NCBI GenBank assembly: GCA_043228905.1 | Contig: JBHGNT010000005.1 | Coordinates: 12,090,001-12,154,000, forward strand | From: Azolla caroliniana | Taxonomy: Eukaryota; Plantae; Polypodiophyta | Direction: 5' to 3' | Length of the DNA: 64,000 bases | Shown here: positions 37,901 to 51,500 of the stretch, one piece after another | Position numbering within the stretch: position 1 is the first letter of the stretch | Layout of the letters: each line of letters begins with the position of its first letter | Translations under genes and position numbers: made by a program | Notes under the pieces: generated by a model | Told to the model about the DNA's origin: nothing | Database searches by the model: none | What the model saw: the letters and a program-made list of their open reading frames with translations, nothing else

Positions 37901-40900
37901 TTGAGGCTCTTCGGGATCTTCGGGCTCACAACTCCGGTTCCTCCTGGCTTCACGCCTCGCTCGCGCTCCTCGACCTGTTCGACTCCACGCGCGTCGACCC
38001 TTCCGGTCGGCTTGTCTGCTCATGTGGCCCTCATCAGCTCTTCTACTGTTGCGGTGTTGACGCTTCTTCTGCTGCCTTTTCTTCCGCTTGGGCCTCGGTT
38101 GATTCAGCGTATCTGAATCAAACATCCGAACCGACTCGGCTTCCTCCGATCGGTTTTCGCTCTCGTCCGAGTTGGTTGTCTCCAACTCGTCTTTGGTCTT
38201 CTCGCCCTCGATGGCGTCATCTTCCCCATGCGTGCTTGGCTTCGGCTCTCTCCTTCGGCTGCTCCCCTTCTGTCCGCTTTTGGACTTTTCCGCCGGTCCG
38301 CCCTTGGCTTTTTCAGCCGATCCGAATTCGAACTCGACAACCGACTCGGTGTCGCGGTCTCCGCTCCTTTCCTGCTGCCTTGCTTGGTCGTTCGGTACTG
38401 TTCCCCCCCTCAAGTTTGGCACGTCGAGGTGACGAAATACGAGCGCACCTGAGAATTGCTGCAACTTGTCCAGACTAAGAGGCTTTGTGAAGATGTCGAC
38501 AGTCTGCCGATCCGTCAGAACGTACTGAAGTTCGACTTCACCGGAAAGGACACACTCACGGATGAAATGGTAATGCACCTCAATGTGCTTGGTCCGGGCG
38601 TTGAAGACGGGGTTCTTCGCGAGTTGGATGCTGCTGAGGTTGTCGCAGTAGATCATCGTTGGATCGGACACCTCCTCTTGCAGGTCCTTAAGTAGCCGCT
38701 TCAACCATATGGCTTCGCATGTCGCGACAGCCGCTCCTCAGTACTCAACTTCGGTGCTCGACAGTGCAACTATCGGTTGCTTCTTACTGCTCCACGCGAT
38801 CGCGGCACTCCCGAGGGAGAACGCGTATCCTGACGTGGATCGGCGATCGACGACATTGCCAGCCCAATCAACATCGGTGTAGCCGACTAACTGCGCGGCT
38901 GCACTGGTCCGATATAGCAGTCCCCGGTCCTTACTGCCGTTGACATACCGAAGTATGAGTTGCGCACAATGAAGGTGCTCCTCGGTAGGTTGCGCCATGA
39001 ACTGACTGATCACTCCGACCGGATAACTGAGGTCGGGTCGGGTGATGGTCAAGTATATGAGGCTTCCGACAATTTGTCGGAACCTCGTCGGGTCACATAC
39101 CTTTCCCGTATCGGGACGAGGCTTGACGGTTCTATCCAGAGGAGTCGAGACGGACTTACAGTCGGCCATCCCGAATTTGAAGAGCATACTCAGCACGTAA
39201 TGACATTGGCTGATCAATATGCCTTCGGGGGTACGGATCACTTCGATCCCGAGGAAGTAATGAAGGTCCCCCAGATCCTTAATGTCGAACAATGCCGCAA
39301 GCTGGAGCTTTACGTGGTCGATTTCACCGAGGTCGGCGCCGGTGATGACCAAGTCATCAACATATAGTAAAATACTAACCGGTCCGAGTCGACTTTTTGG
39401 GATGAACAGGGAAGAGTTTGATTTTGAAGTGACGAAGCCCATCCAACGCAGTTGTTGCGTGATCTTCGCGTTCCAGGCACGCGGGGCTTGCTTCAGTCCG
39501 TAAAGGGACTTCTTCAGTCGGCATACTGCCGAGGAGTTCGTTTCAGAGTGAAATCCGGGGGGCTGTACCATGTACACCTATTCCTCAAGGTCACCTTGCC
39601 GGAACGCATTCTTTACATCCATCTGATGTAAGGGCCACCCCTTCGCCGCAGCTACTGCGAGCAAAACACGGACGGTCGCCATTTTCGCGACCGGCGCAAA
39701 CGTCTCATCGTAGTCGATGCCGTGTTTCTGCGCGTAGCCCTTTGCCACTAGCCGAGCCTTGTACCGGTTGACCGAGCCATCGGTGTTGTACTTGACCTTG
39801 TACACCCACCTACACCCGATCGGCTTCACACCCTTCAGTGCGTCAACCAGGTCCCAGGTCTCGTTCTCCGCCAATGCGTGCATCTCTTCCTCTATCGCGG
39901 CACGCCAATTCGCGTCTTTAGCCGCTTCTGCGTAGCTCTCCGGCTCACGCACTTCCGCTACACGGGTCATGTACGCATAATGATGCGCCATGTACTTGTT
40001 GTATCCGAACCACAAAACAGGATTCTTCTGGCGGGTAGATCGGCGTAATCTCACATTAGCCGATGTCGAGGCCTTCTCGGTCGACGCGGACTTCACCTTT
40101 AAAGTCCCGTCACCGGTTCCCTCGGAGTCGGACTCGCGTCAGTCTGACTTGTTCCTATCTGTGCCGGAATCCGACACCTTCTTCTTCCCTTTCTCTTTGT
40201 GCATAAGCCGTCTCCTCGGCTTCCTACGCGGGAAATGCACGGCCGAGTCTCCACTACTCGCCGGCTCTTCATCGGACTGGTCGTACCGATTCAGTTGTCC
40301 AATCGGTCCACTTAAACGGAGTGAAATCGGACTCTCGTCGCGGGTCTCGATTTCGGGCTCCTCCGGAGGCACCTCGGCTTCGCTGACCTCATCGTCAGAA
40401 CTCGGATTGGAGTCGGGGTTCGGAGTCGGGGGCTGGTACCAGGACACGGACTCGTCAAACACAACATCGCGGCTAACACGCGCTTGTTTGGTGCGAGGGT
40501 TATAACACTTATAACCCTTCTGCTCGTCCAAGTAACCGACCAAGATGCATTTCTCGGCCTTTGCGTCCAGCTTCCTCCTTTTCTCCTTCGGTACATGCAC
40601 ATACACAATGCTATCGAACACCCTCAAGTATCGCAAGTTCGGCTTCGTTCCAAAATATAGTTCGTGCACCGACACTTTGTCTCTGATCCGGTTCTGGATG
40701 TATACCGCGGTCCTTACCGCCTCGGCCCAGTAGAACTTGGGCAAGCTCTTCTCCTCCAGCATGGCCTGTGCCGCTTCCACAACTGACTGATTCTTCCTCT
40801 CGGCCACGCCGTTTTGCTCCGGCGTGTATCTACAACTGAATTCACGCCGAATTCCCATTTGTTGTAGACAACTGTTGAATTGACCAGAAAAGTACTCTTT

Positions 40901-41388
40901 CCCGCCATCCGACCGCAGGCACTTGATCTTTCGTTCCGTTTCCGTTTCCACGAACCCTCTGAGGTCCCGGAAATAGTCGAAGACTTCGCTCTTCCTCTCA
41001 ATGAGGTAGATCCACGTGTGCTGCGTGTGGTCGTCGATGAAGGAGACGAAATATCGGCTCCCGCCAAGACTAACGTTTTGTGTCGGCCCCCATACATCGG
41101 AGTGTATAAGGTCGAGCTTGTTCCGGCTCCGGTTTCGCTCGTTGGGGAAAGGAAGTTGGTGTTGCTTCCCGAGTTGGCAGGCTTCACAAATTTGTGCCTT
41201 TCGGCCACTAAATTTGGGCAATCCGAACACTACCTGTTTCGATTGCAGATCTTGAAGCCGCTGGTAGTTGACGTGGCCTATCCGCTTGTGCCACAAGTCG
41301 ATGTCCGACTCGGATTTTTGTCCCTTCGCGAACATTGTGGTGCCGCCGTCAGTGGAGTCGAGGATGAACATCCTCCCGTCTCTGCGCC

Positions 41389-41938
41389 CTTGCGCAATCA
41401 CACGGCCTTCTTCCTCAATGAAGTACCCGAGGTGTGTAAACCGAACCTCCATCCCTTGGTCGACGATCTGTCCGACCGAGACCAAGTTCTTCGTGATTGT
41501 TGGAACGTGTAGCACGTTCATGAGTTTTCCTTTCTGCCCGACATGGCTAAGGGGAACTTCTCCGACATTCGCGATCGGATGCGGAGTGTCGTCTCCAGTT
41601 GCGACTACTCCAGGTTGTATCGGTTTTTCAAGGTACGAGAACCACTCCTTATGGCTCGTCATGCTTGCGCAATCACACGGCCTTCTTCCTCAATGAAGTA
41701 CCCGAGGTGTGTAAACCGAACCTCCATCCCTTGGTCGACGATCTGTCCGACCGAGACCAAGTTCTTCGTGATTGTCGGAACGTGTAGCACGTTCATGAGT
41801 TTTCCTTTCTGCCCGACATGGCTAAGGGGAACTTCTCCGACATTCGCGATCGGATGCGGAGTGTCGTCTCCAGTTGCGACTACTCCAGGTTGTATCGGTT
41901 TTTCAAGGTACGAGAACCACTCCTTATGGCTCGTCATG
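41389..41938. repeat. 275-bp direct tandem duplication in B1 pol
   Basis: 41389-41663 and 41664-41938 are identical apart from one C/T seen; causes a frameshift. Confidence 0.93.
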
Positions 41939-43228
41939 TGGTTTGACGCGCTTGAGTCTACGTACCACACCTCGTCCGATCTCGGGGTGGTTTGTTTCAT
42001 TGAGCTTGCTTCGTGTCTCGTCATGAAGGCAGACCCTTCTCCGGTTCTCCCGGAGTCTTTGGTGTAGTGCGATCGCTGCCGATTTCCCTTGTCGGTAAGT
42101 CCGGGGCCGTTTCCGGAACCTGTTCTCTCCGAATCGGCAAGCTTCTTCCAGCACTCACTTTCCCTGTGGCCTTTCTTGCCACAGTACCAGCACTCCGCGA
42201 TGGCCTTCCCTTGCCGGTTCTCATCGCTTCGACTCCCCCTGTTTCCGGAGGGTCCGGAGTTGCTGTCGGCATCACTTTGGTGCCTTCTTCCTTGATCTCG
42301 TCGGCCGCCTCCATTGTGCGCCGACTCGCCTCGTCCTCCACGTCCACGGGGCCTATCTCCCTCCGTGTACAACATTCTGTTGTCAGTGTGCGTGCTTGTA
42401 GACGCACCCGCGTGGTTCTCCTCTACCAGGAGCATTGACTGTAAGTCGAAAAAGGACGGCGTATTCTCCTAGGTACACACAGCCGTTCGGAACGCTCCGA
42501 ACTTCGACGCCAAACCTCTGAGACAGATCTAGACCATCTCGCTCTCCTCAATGTTCACCTCTATGGAGGTGAGGGAGTCGCTAATATCCTTGATCTTCGA
42601 GGTATAGTCCGCCATCGACAAGTCGCGTTGTCGTAGGTTGCTCAACTCTTGTCGGAGTTGAAGCTTCCTGGCTATGGTGCTCGCAGCGAAAATCTTCTTC
42701 AGATTTTCCCACGCACCCTTCGGCGTCTTTGCATCCTGAACATAGCTCAATAGTTGTTCGCCCACACACGACGCGAAGCAGTATAATACCCTGCTCGCCG
42801 ATTGCTCCCACGACGGGAAGTCTCTGTGTGTCGATTCGGGTGCCGCGTCATTAGCTCCTTCGACATAACTCCAGTAGCCGTGCCCGAGCAGGTACTGGTG
42901 CATCTTGTAGGACCAAGACGCGTAGTTGGTTCTGTCGAGCTTCTCTGTTGGAAGCGAGCTCACCATGCCTCTATCCATCGTTCTTCTTGTTCTTCTTCGT
43001 CAAGCTGTGTCGGCTGCAGAGAGGTTCTCAACCCTCGCGCTCTGATACCATGTAAAAAGTAGCGTGGGGAAGCAAGTATGAAGACCGAACAAAAGGAAGA
43101 AAAATCAGGTTTAATGGAGAGCTTGAGCTTTACGCATTATACGCGGGAGAGACAGAGAGAGTGAGAGAACACACACGAACTATATTCAAGAAGAACAACA
43201 CAATCTCTATTCACCACACTCTATACAT

Positions 43229-43647
43229 TGTTACCGGCCGGCAAGGAGTCCAAAATACGGAGTGAAGGAATTAATTAAGTATGGTTGTAAATAAGCAGAG
43301 TATGGACGGACGGACTGGAAACGGTATGCCGTTCCAGATCCGGACGGATCCCGAATAGGTGCGATAGGCACCGTTTTGTACTACGGGCCGGAAACCTATT
43401 TAAAGGCCCGGACCCCATTGTAATCGCAACGGATAATTAATAGAGCGTATGGTGTTTATACTTCTGTGTTGATTTCCGTTCTGTACTTACTGTTATATCT
43501 TACGCGTGTAATTAACAAAAGCGCTCTAATCGTGTAACCTACTTAGGTCGGTGTAATCGTTGAGTCATAATCCTATGCCGTAATCACCCTTTGGTAAAGT
43601 GTCTCCGTGACACCTTGTGTTAGGCCTTGTCCGGTCAGAGAACAACA
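43229..43647 (+). mobile_element. Solo LTR (related to Gypsy D) inserted in the 5' LTR of B1, TSD TACAT
   Basis: TGTT...AACA termini, TACAT on both sides, absent from the sister LTR; shares ggcaccgttttgta, tcttacgcgtgtaat and gacaccttgtgttag with 46455-46904. Confidence 0.92.
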
Positions 43648-44229
43648 TACATATGTGTGTTCAATGAACACTTTTATACAAGTCCTAGAAGGACTGGCCG
43701 AAGTACTGACAATACTTCAATGCTCATTAAGAGCTCCTACACTAACTCCCAAATATATTCCTCACGGAATATCTTTCCTAACGGCCCCCTCGGCTTCTTC
43801 AGCCGATCCGGCCGATGTTGAGCTTGTCTCTCAACAGATGTAGTACTCAAATTTATGCGTAAAACATCAATAGGGAAACTCATATGATTTCACTTGAGTT
43901 CTAAGGCTCAATAATATGAGTTAAACCTAGATGACCCGTTGGAAATAAACGTTCAAAAAGCGGCATGATGCCCAGTCAATACGAAAAAAATTAGACTACA
44001 CAAAATCGTTACCCAATAGGGAAACACACGCAAATAGTGTAGATGAACATACAAATTAAGGTTTAAAAAATAGTGAAGTGTGGGTGGGTAGATGAAAATC
44101 ATAAGAAAATCTTAAGAAAGGGAGAAGATAACTTGTGTAATTAAAAAATAGGTAGAATAATAATCAATTAATTGTATCAACATTAAGCATGCCTTAAGGG
44201 ATGGCACCCTAAGGTAGTCGACATGCACC

Positions 44230-44660
44230 TCCTCAAGACCACCACATCTCCCTAGAATGGGCCAATTGATGGCTCAATAAAGAGTAAAGTGGTGTAGGTA
44301 AGAGACATATACCTCGTTAAGGCCACAACATCCCATAGAATCGGCCAAGTGATGGCTCAATAGAGAGTAGAGGGGCATAGGTAGGCGGCATACACTTCGT
44401 CAAGACCACAACATCCCATAGAATCAGCCAAGTGATGGCTCAATAAAGGGAAGAGTGGCATACTCAACATCATATGCAAAAGGGCCATCAAGTGAGCGTG
44501 TGTGATTAGGGAAAACACGCTCGACCCGATGCACAAGAATAATTATTATCGTAAGAGATGGCTCAAGAGAGGGGAGCGTGGGAGATACGTCGCAATATAC
44601 AAAAAGGCCATGAGTTGAGTGTGGGCGATTAGTGCAAACACGCTCGGCCCGATGCACAAT
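44230..44660. repeat. Tandem repeats in the leader of Gypsy C (~84 bp x ~2.6, then ~123 bp x ~1.5)
   Basis: caagaccacaacatcccatagaatcggccaagtgatggctcaata recurs at ~44233, ~44318 and 44401; aacacgctcg.cccgatgcacaa occurs twice. Confidence 0.75.
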
Positions 44661-46454
44661 AATAATTAAAATCCTAGCATGGTAGAAAGTAGAAAGAAAG
44701 AAAATAAAACGTAATACAAATTTGATTCGATCAAGAAGAACGCATCATAGAAAAGAAAAGAGAGATCGAGAAAGAAGAATACCGGGTTAAGAATGTTGTT
44801 TTGATCCTGTGAAGAGCATGACGAGCCTCCTTAGATCCCCATCGCTCACACGCAAAAAACATCAAAACAACAAAAAGAAAAAAGTTAGTAAATGCTCTGA
44901 TACCACTGTTAAGAGTCTATTACTAATCAATAGACCAAAGTAAAGTAAAAGAAGGAAAATAGATTGGGTAGAAGAAACCGTTCTACCTGACCACCCCCGA
45001 GCTATGATCTAGACATACCCAACCTACCATCGACGTCCCATACCACCGGATATTAGGATGACTAATACCTTGGAAGAGATAAACACGATCGTTGAGACGA
45101 AAGCCTAGCCTGCACCACCAATGTCTAAGACAACAACCTTCCGACGTAATGTCCTTATGAGGTTAGCTAAACCTCATATTTATACCGTTTCCTAGGCCCC
45201 TTGAATAGATGTGCCTTTCTAAAAGAGTCTCCATTCATTGGTTGCCCAAATCATGATAGTGCATGCACCTATCATTCCTTGTATCCAATCCCATTAGCAC
45301 CTTTTTAACATTAGTGAACATACCCTTCACTAATGTAAATATTAGTGACCTACCCTCACCAACGTTATGTGTACATAACAGTTTCTCAATGCAGGCTAGT
45401 CCGGAGCTGGGAGAAGCTTTAGATTCCGGTCCAAGGGTGTGGAGATTGGTCGGCAATCCGTCATGCCGAACTTGTAGAGCATATTTTATTACATAATGCC
45501 GTTGTGAGAGCAATATGCCGTCGGGGGTATGGATAACTTAGATCCCGAGGAAGTAATGAAGATCCCCCAGGTCCTTCATTTCGAATGATTCCGACAACTG
45601 GGACTTCACATGGACAATTTGAGCAAGTCTGGATTCGTTGATGACTAGATCATCTACATATAATAGGATACATACCGGACCGTCCAAGTCTTTCTGGATG
45701 AACAGTGAAGAGTTTGACTTTGAGGCCGCAAACCCCATCTAATGCAACCGGTATGTGATCTTCGAATTCCGAGCACGGGGGGCTTGCACGGGGGGCTTGC
45801 TTCAGGCCGTTAAGGGTCTTTTTGAGTCGGCACACTGCCAACTTGTTTATCTCCGACGAAAAACCAGGGGGTTGGATCATGTAGACCTATTTGTCAAGGT
45901 CACCTCGAAGAAACACATTCCTCACGTCCATTTGGTGAAGATGCCACCTCCTTTCCGCAACAACTGCCAACACCACACGAACTATCATCATCTTCGTTAC
46001 TAGAGCGAAGGTCTTGTCGTAGTCAATTCCGTGGGTCTGCACGTATCCCTTGGCCACTAACCGGGCCTTGTACCATGTGACCGAGCCGTTAGCATTATAC
46101 TTTACCTTGTACACCCACTTGGAGCCGATCGGTTTGCAATGTTGGGGAGGGTCAACTAGGTCCCATGTGTTGTTGGCATCAAGTGCTCGCATGTCTTCCT
46201 CCATCACGACACGCCAATGTGCATCCTTTGCTGGTGCTGCGTAGCTCTCCGTCTCAAGCACCTCCCCCACGTTCTTCATGTACGCATACTGATGCGCCAT
46301 GTACTCGTTGTAACCATACCGTTTCATGGGGTTCTTCTGGCGGGTGGATCGGTGCAACTTGTCGTTAGCCGGTTTTGAGGCTTTCTTGACCGACTCAGAC
46401 TTCACCTCCGATGGTCCGTCTTCGTTCCTTCTGGAGTCGTATTTGCTCTGATCT

Positions 46455-48530
46455 TGTTGTCTGGTGGCCAGAGTATAAAAAGTAGTCAAGGGGAGAGCCG
46501 GTTTCGTAACTATTAAAAATTAGTATTTAAGGATAATAGGAACGGGCGGATCTGGAAAGGATGTACCGATCCGGATCCGGACCGGTTCGTCACCGGTTGC
46601 CGGTTTGGCACCGTTTTGTAAACAGAATCGGATACCTATAAAAGGATCCGAATAATGATGAATATCGGGGTGGAATTAATATAAGAGAGTTTTGTTACTA
46701 TTCTATATCTATCAATTCCGTGCTGTGCATATTGTCTTTATCTTACGCGTGTAATCAACCATATGTGATTGTCTATTCGGAATCGATCCGGAAGTGCCAG
46801 TTACGATCAAATCGGAGTCGGATCCTTACCCCGTAACCACCCCTTTGGTGAAGAGATCCGGAAGGACACCTTGTGTTAGCGGTTGGTCCAGCCTAGGAGT
46901 CACATAGTTTTGGCGATTCCCACGGAGCGTAGTGAACATCTGGGTATGGATGACTAGACCGACAAATGACCCAATCGCCGAACGAGCAAGATGATGGAGG
47001 TGGGAGGCCTACTAACAAGCGGCAGAGGAGATCCGGTAGGGCTGGTCATTTCCCAGAACGATTCGGCGGCTCGCGGAGGAGTCACTCCAGTTGCAGAACC
47101 AACAATATACCGACGAAGGAGTAGCCTGAGTAGCTTATGGCAGGTAGAATCGATACTGCACAATCTTGCCACAGGAACCGGAGAATCGGAAGCCTTCTCC
47201 ATCTTGGAGTTGGAATCGGAGAGCAAGCATAGGCTGCAATCAAATTATCGAAGCAGTCACGACACCCTGGACAATCCGGTGGACGACGGTTCGGAGCACA
47301 CACTGCCACCTGAAGCAGACACAACGAAGTCATCGACCGGGTGTTAGAAATGGATAGGGTTTAGCAGAGCAATCACATGGCGATGGGAGCTTTATAGTGA
47401 GCGCTACCCAAGGAAGAGAACTTACGGTTTTGACAGGCAGTCCAATGTACAACGTGCCTCGACCCCGGTCACTCGACGTTGGAATGCACGATGCGCAACA
47501 TGTTGTTCCACTCCCGGTCGCATACGATGGACCGGTGTGACTACAAACTGCTCAACTGGCAAGCGGCACCGGTCCGACACATGGAGCCCCAGAGCGAACA
47601 AAAACCAGAAGAGGGACGGTTCTAGAGGGAAGAACGATATCGACCGGAACAAAGGGACCGATATGACGACAGAAGAAGAGAGGATTACGACGAATAACGC
47701 AACTATCGACGAGGAGGAGACTACAATCGAGAGTGTTACGATCGCGACTATTCCCCGGATTATGACCGTAGAAGAGACAACAGACGATACCCGGAATGAC
47801 GAGAGTACCCCGATCAGGATGGACGGTACTTGGAACGTCAAGGGAATCGGAACCACCGCCGCCACAACTGGAAGGGAAAGAATCGTCAAGAAGAACGTTG
47901 GGAACCGGCCAGGGAATATCGAAGGGAGACGAATACATAAACGATCGTCCCAGTTCCACAACTAGAGCAATGGAGGCTGGACGAAACCAACCAAATGAAT
48001 TTTGGAAGTAAGCAGGGAATGATGGAGAAAGGAGAATCAAGGAGTAACCAAAGGGTTTACTACTACTACTACTGGAGGGAAGGACACTATAGCAACCAAT
48101 GTCCGACTAAGACAAATGAAAAGTAGCTAGATGTCAATATGGTTGCTGTAGAAGTTACCGACGTGCAACAAGTCACAACCAGATCGAAGGCCATAACCAC
48201 AGAGTGGGAGACTCAAGAGGCCATCCGGAAACATGCCACTGAATGGGTACAGAAGGCCAATGAATGGAACGTGGCCGACTTGCGTGAGCAGATCAAACCC
48301 CTGGAACCAGTAGAGACCATGGACGGGGACCCAACAGGGCAAGTGTTACAAGAATGTCAAATTATTCTACCACTAGGACGGTTATTGCAATTAGTTCCTG
48401 ATTTACGGAAGGACTAAAATCGATGGTAGCACCACAAAACATGGAGCCAACACCAACATTTTTCTCCAATCTGGAGGAAGGACCGGCAGTGGTTGACACT
48501 AGTAGCCTAGCCATTACGACAATTTTCTAC
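46455..48530 (+). mobile_element. Gypsy-type element D, 5' portion (LTR 46455-46904, PBS ~46911, degenerate gag)
   Basis: TG...CA LTR followed by a tggcgattcc PBS-like site; decayed zinc knuckle YYYWREGHYSNQCP; VTTRS motif. Confidence 0.7.
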
Positions 48531-51500
48531 AGTAATTAGAAATCAACCGCTTATGAAATCAGAAACCCTATTCAAAAACCTTAATCAAAAACCTTAATTA
48601 GAAATCAACCGCTTAAGGAAATAAAAAACCCTAATCTGAAATATGTATGAAATCAACGCTAATCATAATTGGTAGGGAAGAATAAAAAATAAAAAATCAG
48701 CCACATTCACCCAAATCCTAAATCAAGTTTGGGGTAAGTTTGCAGACACACAACCATTGAAATCAGATGGTATCTTCATCATATTCGCCTTCTCTGCCTT
48801 TGTCCTCGGGCTCTGCTTTCTGGATAGCTTGCAGTTTCCCGGAAGTGTCGATCCGACCAGTTTCACATCGGACATGTTGAACCACTAAAGCACCTTCGTC
48901 ACGTACTTTTCCTGTGATAGCCACAATAGCTTCTTTGACTGGTCCTAGATGATGTGCATCCCTAATATCTGTCTTGCCGGACCCAAGCCTTTCATTGAGA
49001 AGGCTTGGTTCAGGGCCTTCTTCAGCATCCGTATTTTGACTTGGTCTCGTCCGACGATCAACATATCATCCACATATAGGAGGAGTATCAAGGAATCTCC
49101 TGTGTCGAATTTCTTCACAAACACATAGTGATCGGCCTACGTCTTGTGGTACCCTTGGTCGGTCATGAAGGAGTCGAACTTCCGGTACCATTGTCGGGGA
49201 GCTTGCTTCACTCCGTATAAGGTCTTCTTCAGCCGGCACACTAGGTGCTCCTTCCCTTTCTTCTCAAATCCTTCCGGTTGATGCATGTAGATCTCTTATT
49301 TGAGGTCCCCGTGGAGGAATGTTGTCTTCACGTCTAGTTGCTCTACCTCGAGGTCCATGCTTGCCGCTATGCCCAATACCGTCCGGATGGATGTCATCTT
49401 TACTACCGGGACAAAGATCCTTTCTTCTGCTGGAAGCCCTTCACCACGATTCGGGCCTTATACCTAGGTGGATTTCCGGCATCTCCCGGTTTCAGCTTGT
49501 ACACCCACTTGTTCCGGAGTGCCCTCTTTCCTTTCGGCAACTCCACCAATTCGTATGTGTAGTTCTCATGCAAGGAATCCATCTCATCCTGCATGGCACT
49601 CAACCACTTGCGGTTGTGGGTGTCTCCCCTTGCTTCTTCAAAGCTTTCCAGCTCCCCCTCATCGGTTAGCAACACATGCTCTGCATCCGAAAATCTTCAG
49701 GGGGCTCTTCTCTCCCAGAGATGATATCTCCGTCCTTGGTTTATGACTGTCGGTTCCTCTGTTTATTCCTCATCCTCATCCGATTCGGGATCTTGTCCAG
49801 TTCCGGTGTCTTCTTCTTCTGCTTCTTCTTCGGTCGGTTCAGTTTCCTGTCCGTATCCGGCCGGTTCGTCGAGTGTCCTCTGATTACCAACTAAAATCTG
49901 GTTTTCAATCGGGTATATCCTTTTGTCCTCAAGCTGGTTTTCAATGGATGATCCGGAGTTCATTACCTTCTTCTCTGACTCCTAGTCGGCAATTGTCCTG
50001 TCTTCCATGAAGACTATGTCTTGACTCCGGAACACCTTTCTATTGACCAGATCCCACACCCAGTAACCGAACTCATCATCGTCGTATCCAAGGAATATGC
50101 ATGGTCGGGACTTTGGATCCAGCTTTGCTCTCTTGTCCTTCGCCACATGCACATATGCGAGACACCCGAACACCTTCAGATGCCGATAAAACACATCCTT
50201 ACCGGTCCATACTTTCTACGGTGAGTCTCCGTCCAAGGGTACTGAGGGTGATCTGTTTATCACATAGGTCACCGTCGTCAGCACCTCAACCCAAAACGTC
50301 TTAGGTAACTTCGCATGCGCCAGCATGCTCTGGACTCTCTCCATCACGGTCCGGTTCATCCGTTCGGCCAGCCCATTTAGTTCCGGCGTCTTCAGCACGG
50401 TGAATTCGAGCCGGATTCCCTTCGATCGGCAGTACTCCTTGAATTGCCCCCGGTATTCTCCTCCGTTATCTACTCAAACCACCTTCAGCTTCCGGCTGGT
50501 TTCTCTTTCCACTCTCATGTGGAGCTCCTTGAAGAAGGATAACACCTGATCGTTCGTCTTCAACGGTGAGACCCGCAACTTCCGGCTGTGGTCATCTATG
50601 AACATCACAAAGTACTGCGATCCGGCATGTGACTTCGTGTCCACTTGACACACATTGGTATGCACTAGCTCTAGTGGTGCATTCCGTCTCATCGGTGGTT
50701 TTGATCGGAAGGAGGTTCGGTTTTGCTTGCCGTCCAAGCAATCGGTGCACTTCTCAAGTTGCACGTCCGTCACCGGAATGAGGTTGCCTTCGGCAAGCCT
50801 CTTCATCCCCTTCTCATTCATGTGACACAATCTTTTGTGCCACATCTCACCGGTTGTGTCGGATGCTATGTTCACTTCTTCCCGGCATATCCGGGCATTC
50901 ATCAAGTACAGTGTGTTGACCTTTCGGGATGAAGCCACTATTAAGTTCCCTTTGCAGAACTTCATGACACCGTTCCGGATGCTACCTGTGTAGCCTTCAT
51001 CATCTAGCCGATCGGCTGATATCAGGTTCAGTCGAACCTCCGGAACGTGTCAGACATCCTTTAGCAGCAACTTGCATCCGGTTGATGTCGTCAACAACAC
51101 ATCTCCTATGCCGATAATTCGGCATGTCCCTTCATTCCCCATCCAGACATAGCAGTGCTCACGGGCTGTGTATGATGAGAAGCATTTCTGGTCCGGGGTA
51201 AGGTGGAACGACACTCCGGACTCGACAACCCACGTTGTCTCGTCGACGGCAAGGTTCAAGTCACTCTCCTCGGTGATGAGCATTAGTTCTTCTTCACTTT
51301 CCGCGATCACCGTCATTCCCTTCCGGTCCGAGCCTCGCCGATCCGAACTGTTTCGGTCCGGTGACTTCTTCGAATCAGCACTGTCGGTTCCCTTGTCTTT
51401 TCGGAAATGCTGACAGTTCTTCTGGAAGTGCCCCGTCTTGCCGCAATAGAAGCAAGTGGGCCTCCCCTTTGACTTTGACTGTGTCCTCGACTTTTCCCGG

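Larger units (their letters stand above)
37521..43836 (-). mobile_element. Near-complete Copia family B element B1: LTRs 37521-37882 and 43051-43836, TSD GATGT
   Basis: Paired LTRs, 5-bp TSD GATGT, PBS at 43039-43050, PPT at 37883-37891. gag CCHC CWYCGKKGHRESEC; WYVDSSAS; LWHKRIGH; RSDGGKEY; LLYVDD; SKKQPIVALSSTE; several stops. Confidence 0.96.
32043..45380 (-). mobile_element. Full-length degenerate Ty3/Gypsy chromovirus (element C): LTRs 32043-32515 and 44907-45380, TSD GTTTC
   Basis: Matching TG...CA LTRs, 5-bp TSD GTTTC, tRNA-Met PBS at 44894-44905, PPT at 32516-32527. Domain order gag-PR-RT-RH(ETDASDYAIG)-IN(GPF motif)-chromodomain (VPERIL...IKW...DAT*E...FP at ~32555-32700). Confidence 0.93.
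29145..46454 (-). mobile_element. Copia family B element B2 (3' LTR 29145-29586; RT/RNase H split by nested insertions; 5' part missing)
   Basis: PPT next to the LTR; RNase H HAQTKHIEVHYHF; RT LLYVDDLVI and [10 protein letters not shown] at 45400-46400; sequence is continuous across the inserts at 30753-31916 and 32043-45380. Confidence 0.88.
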
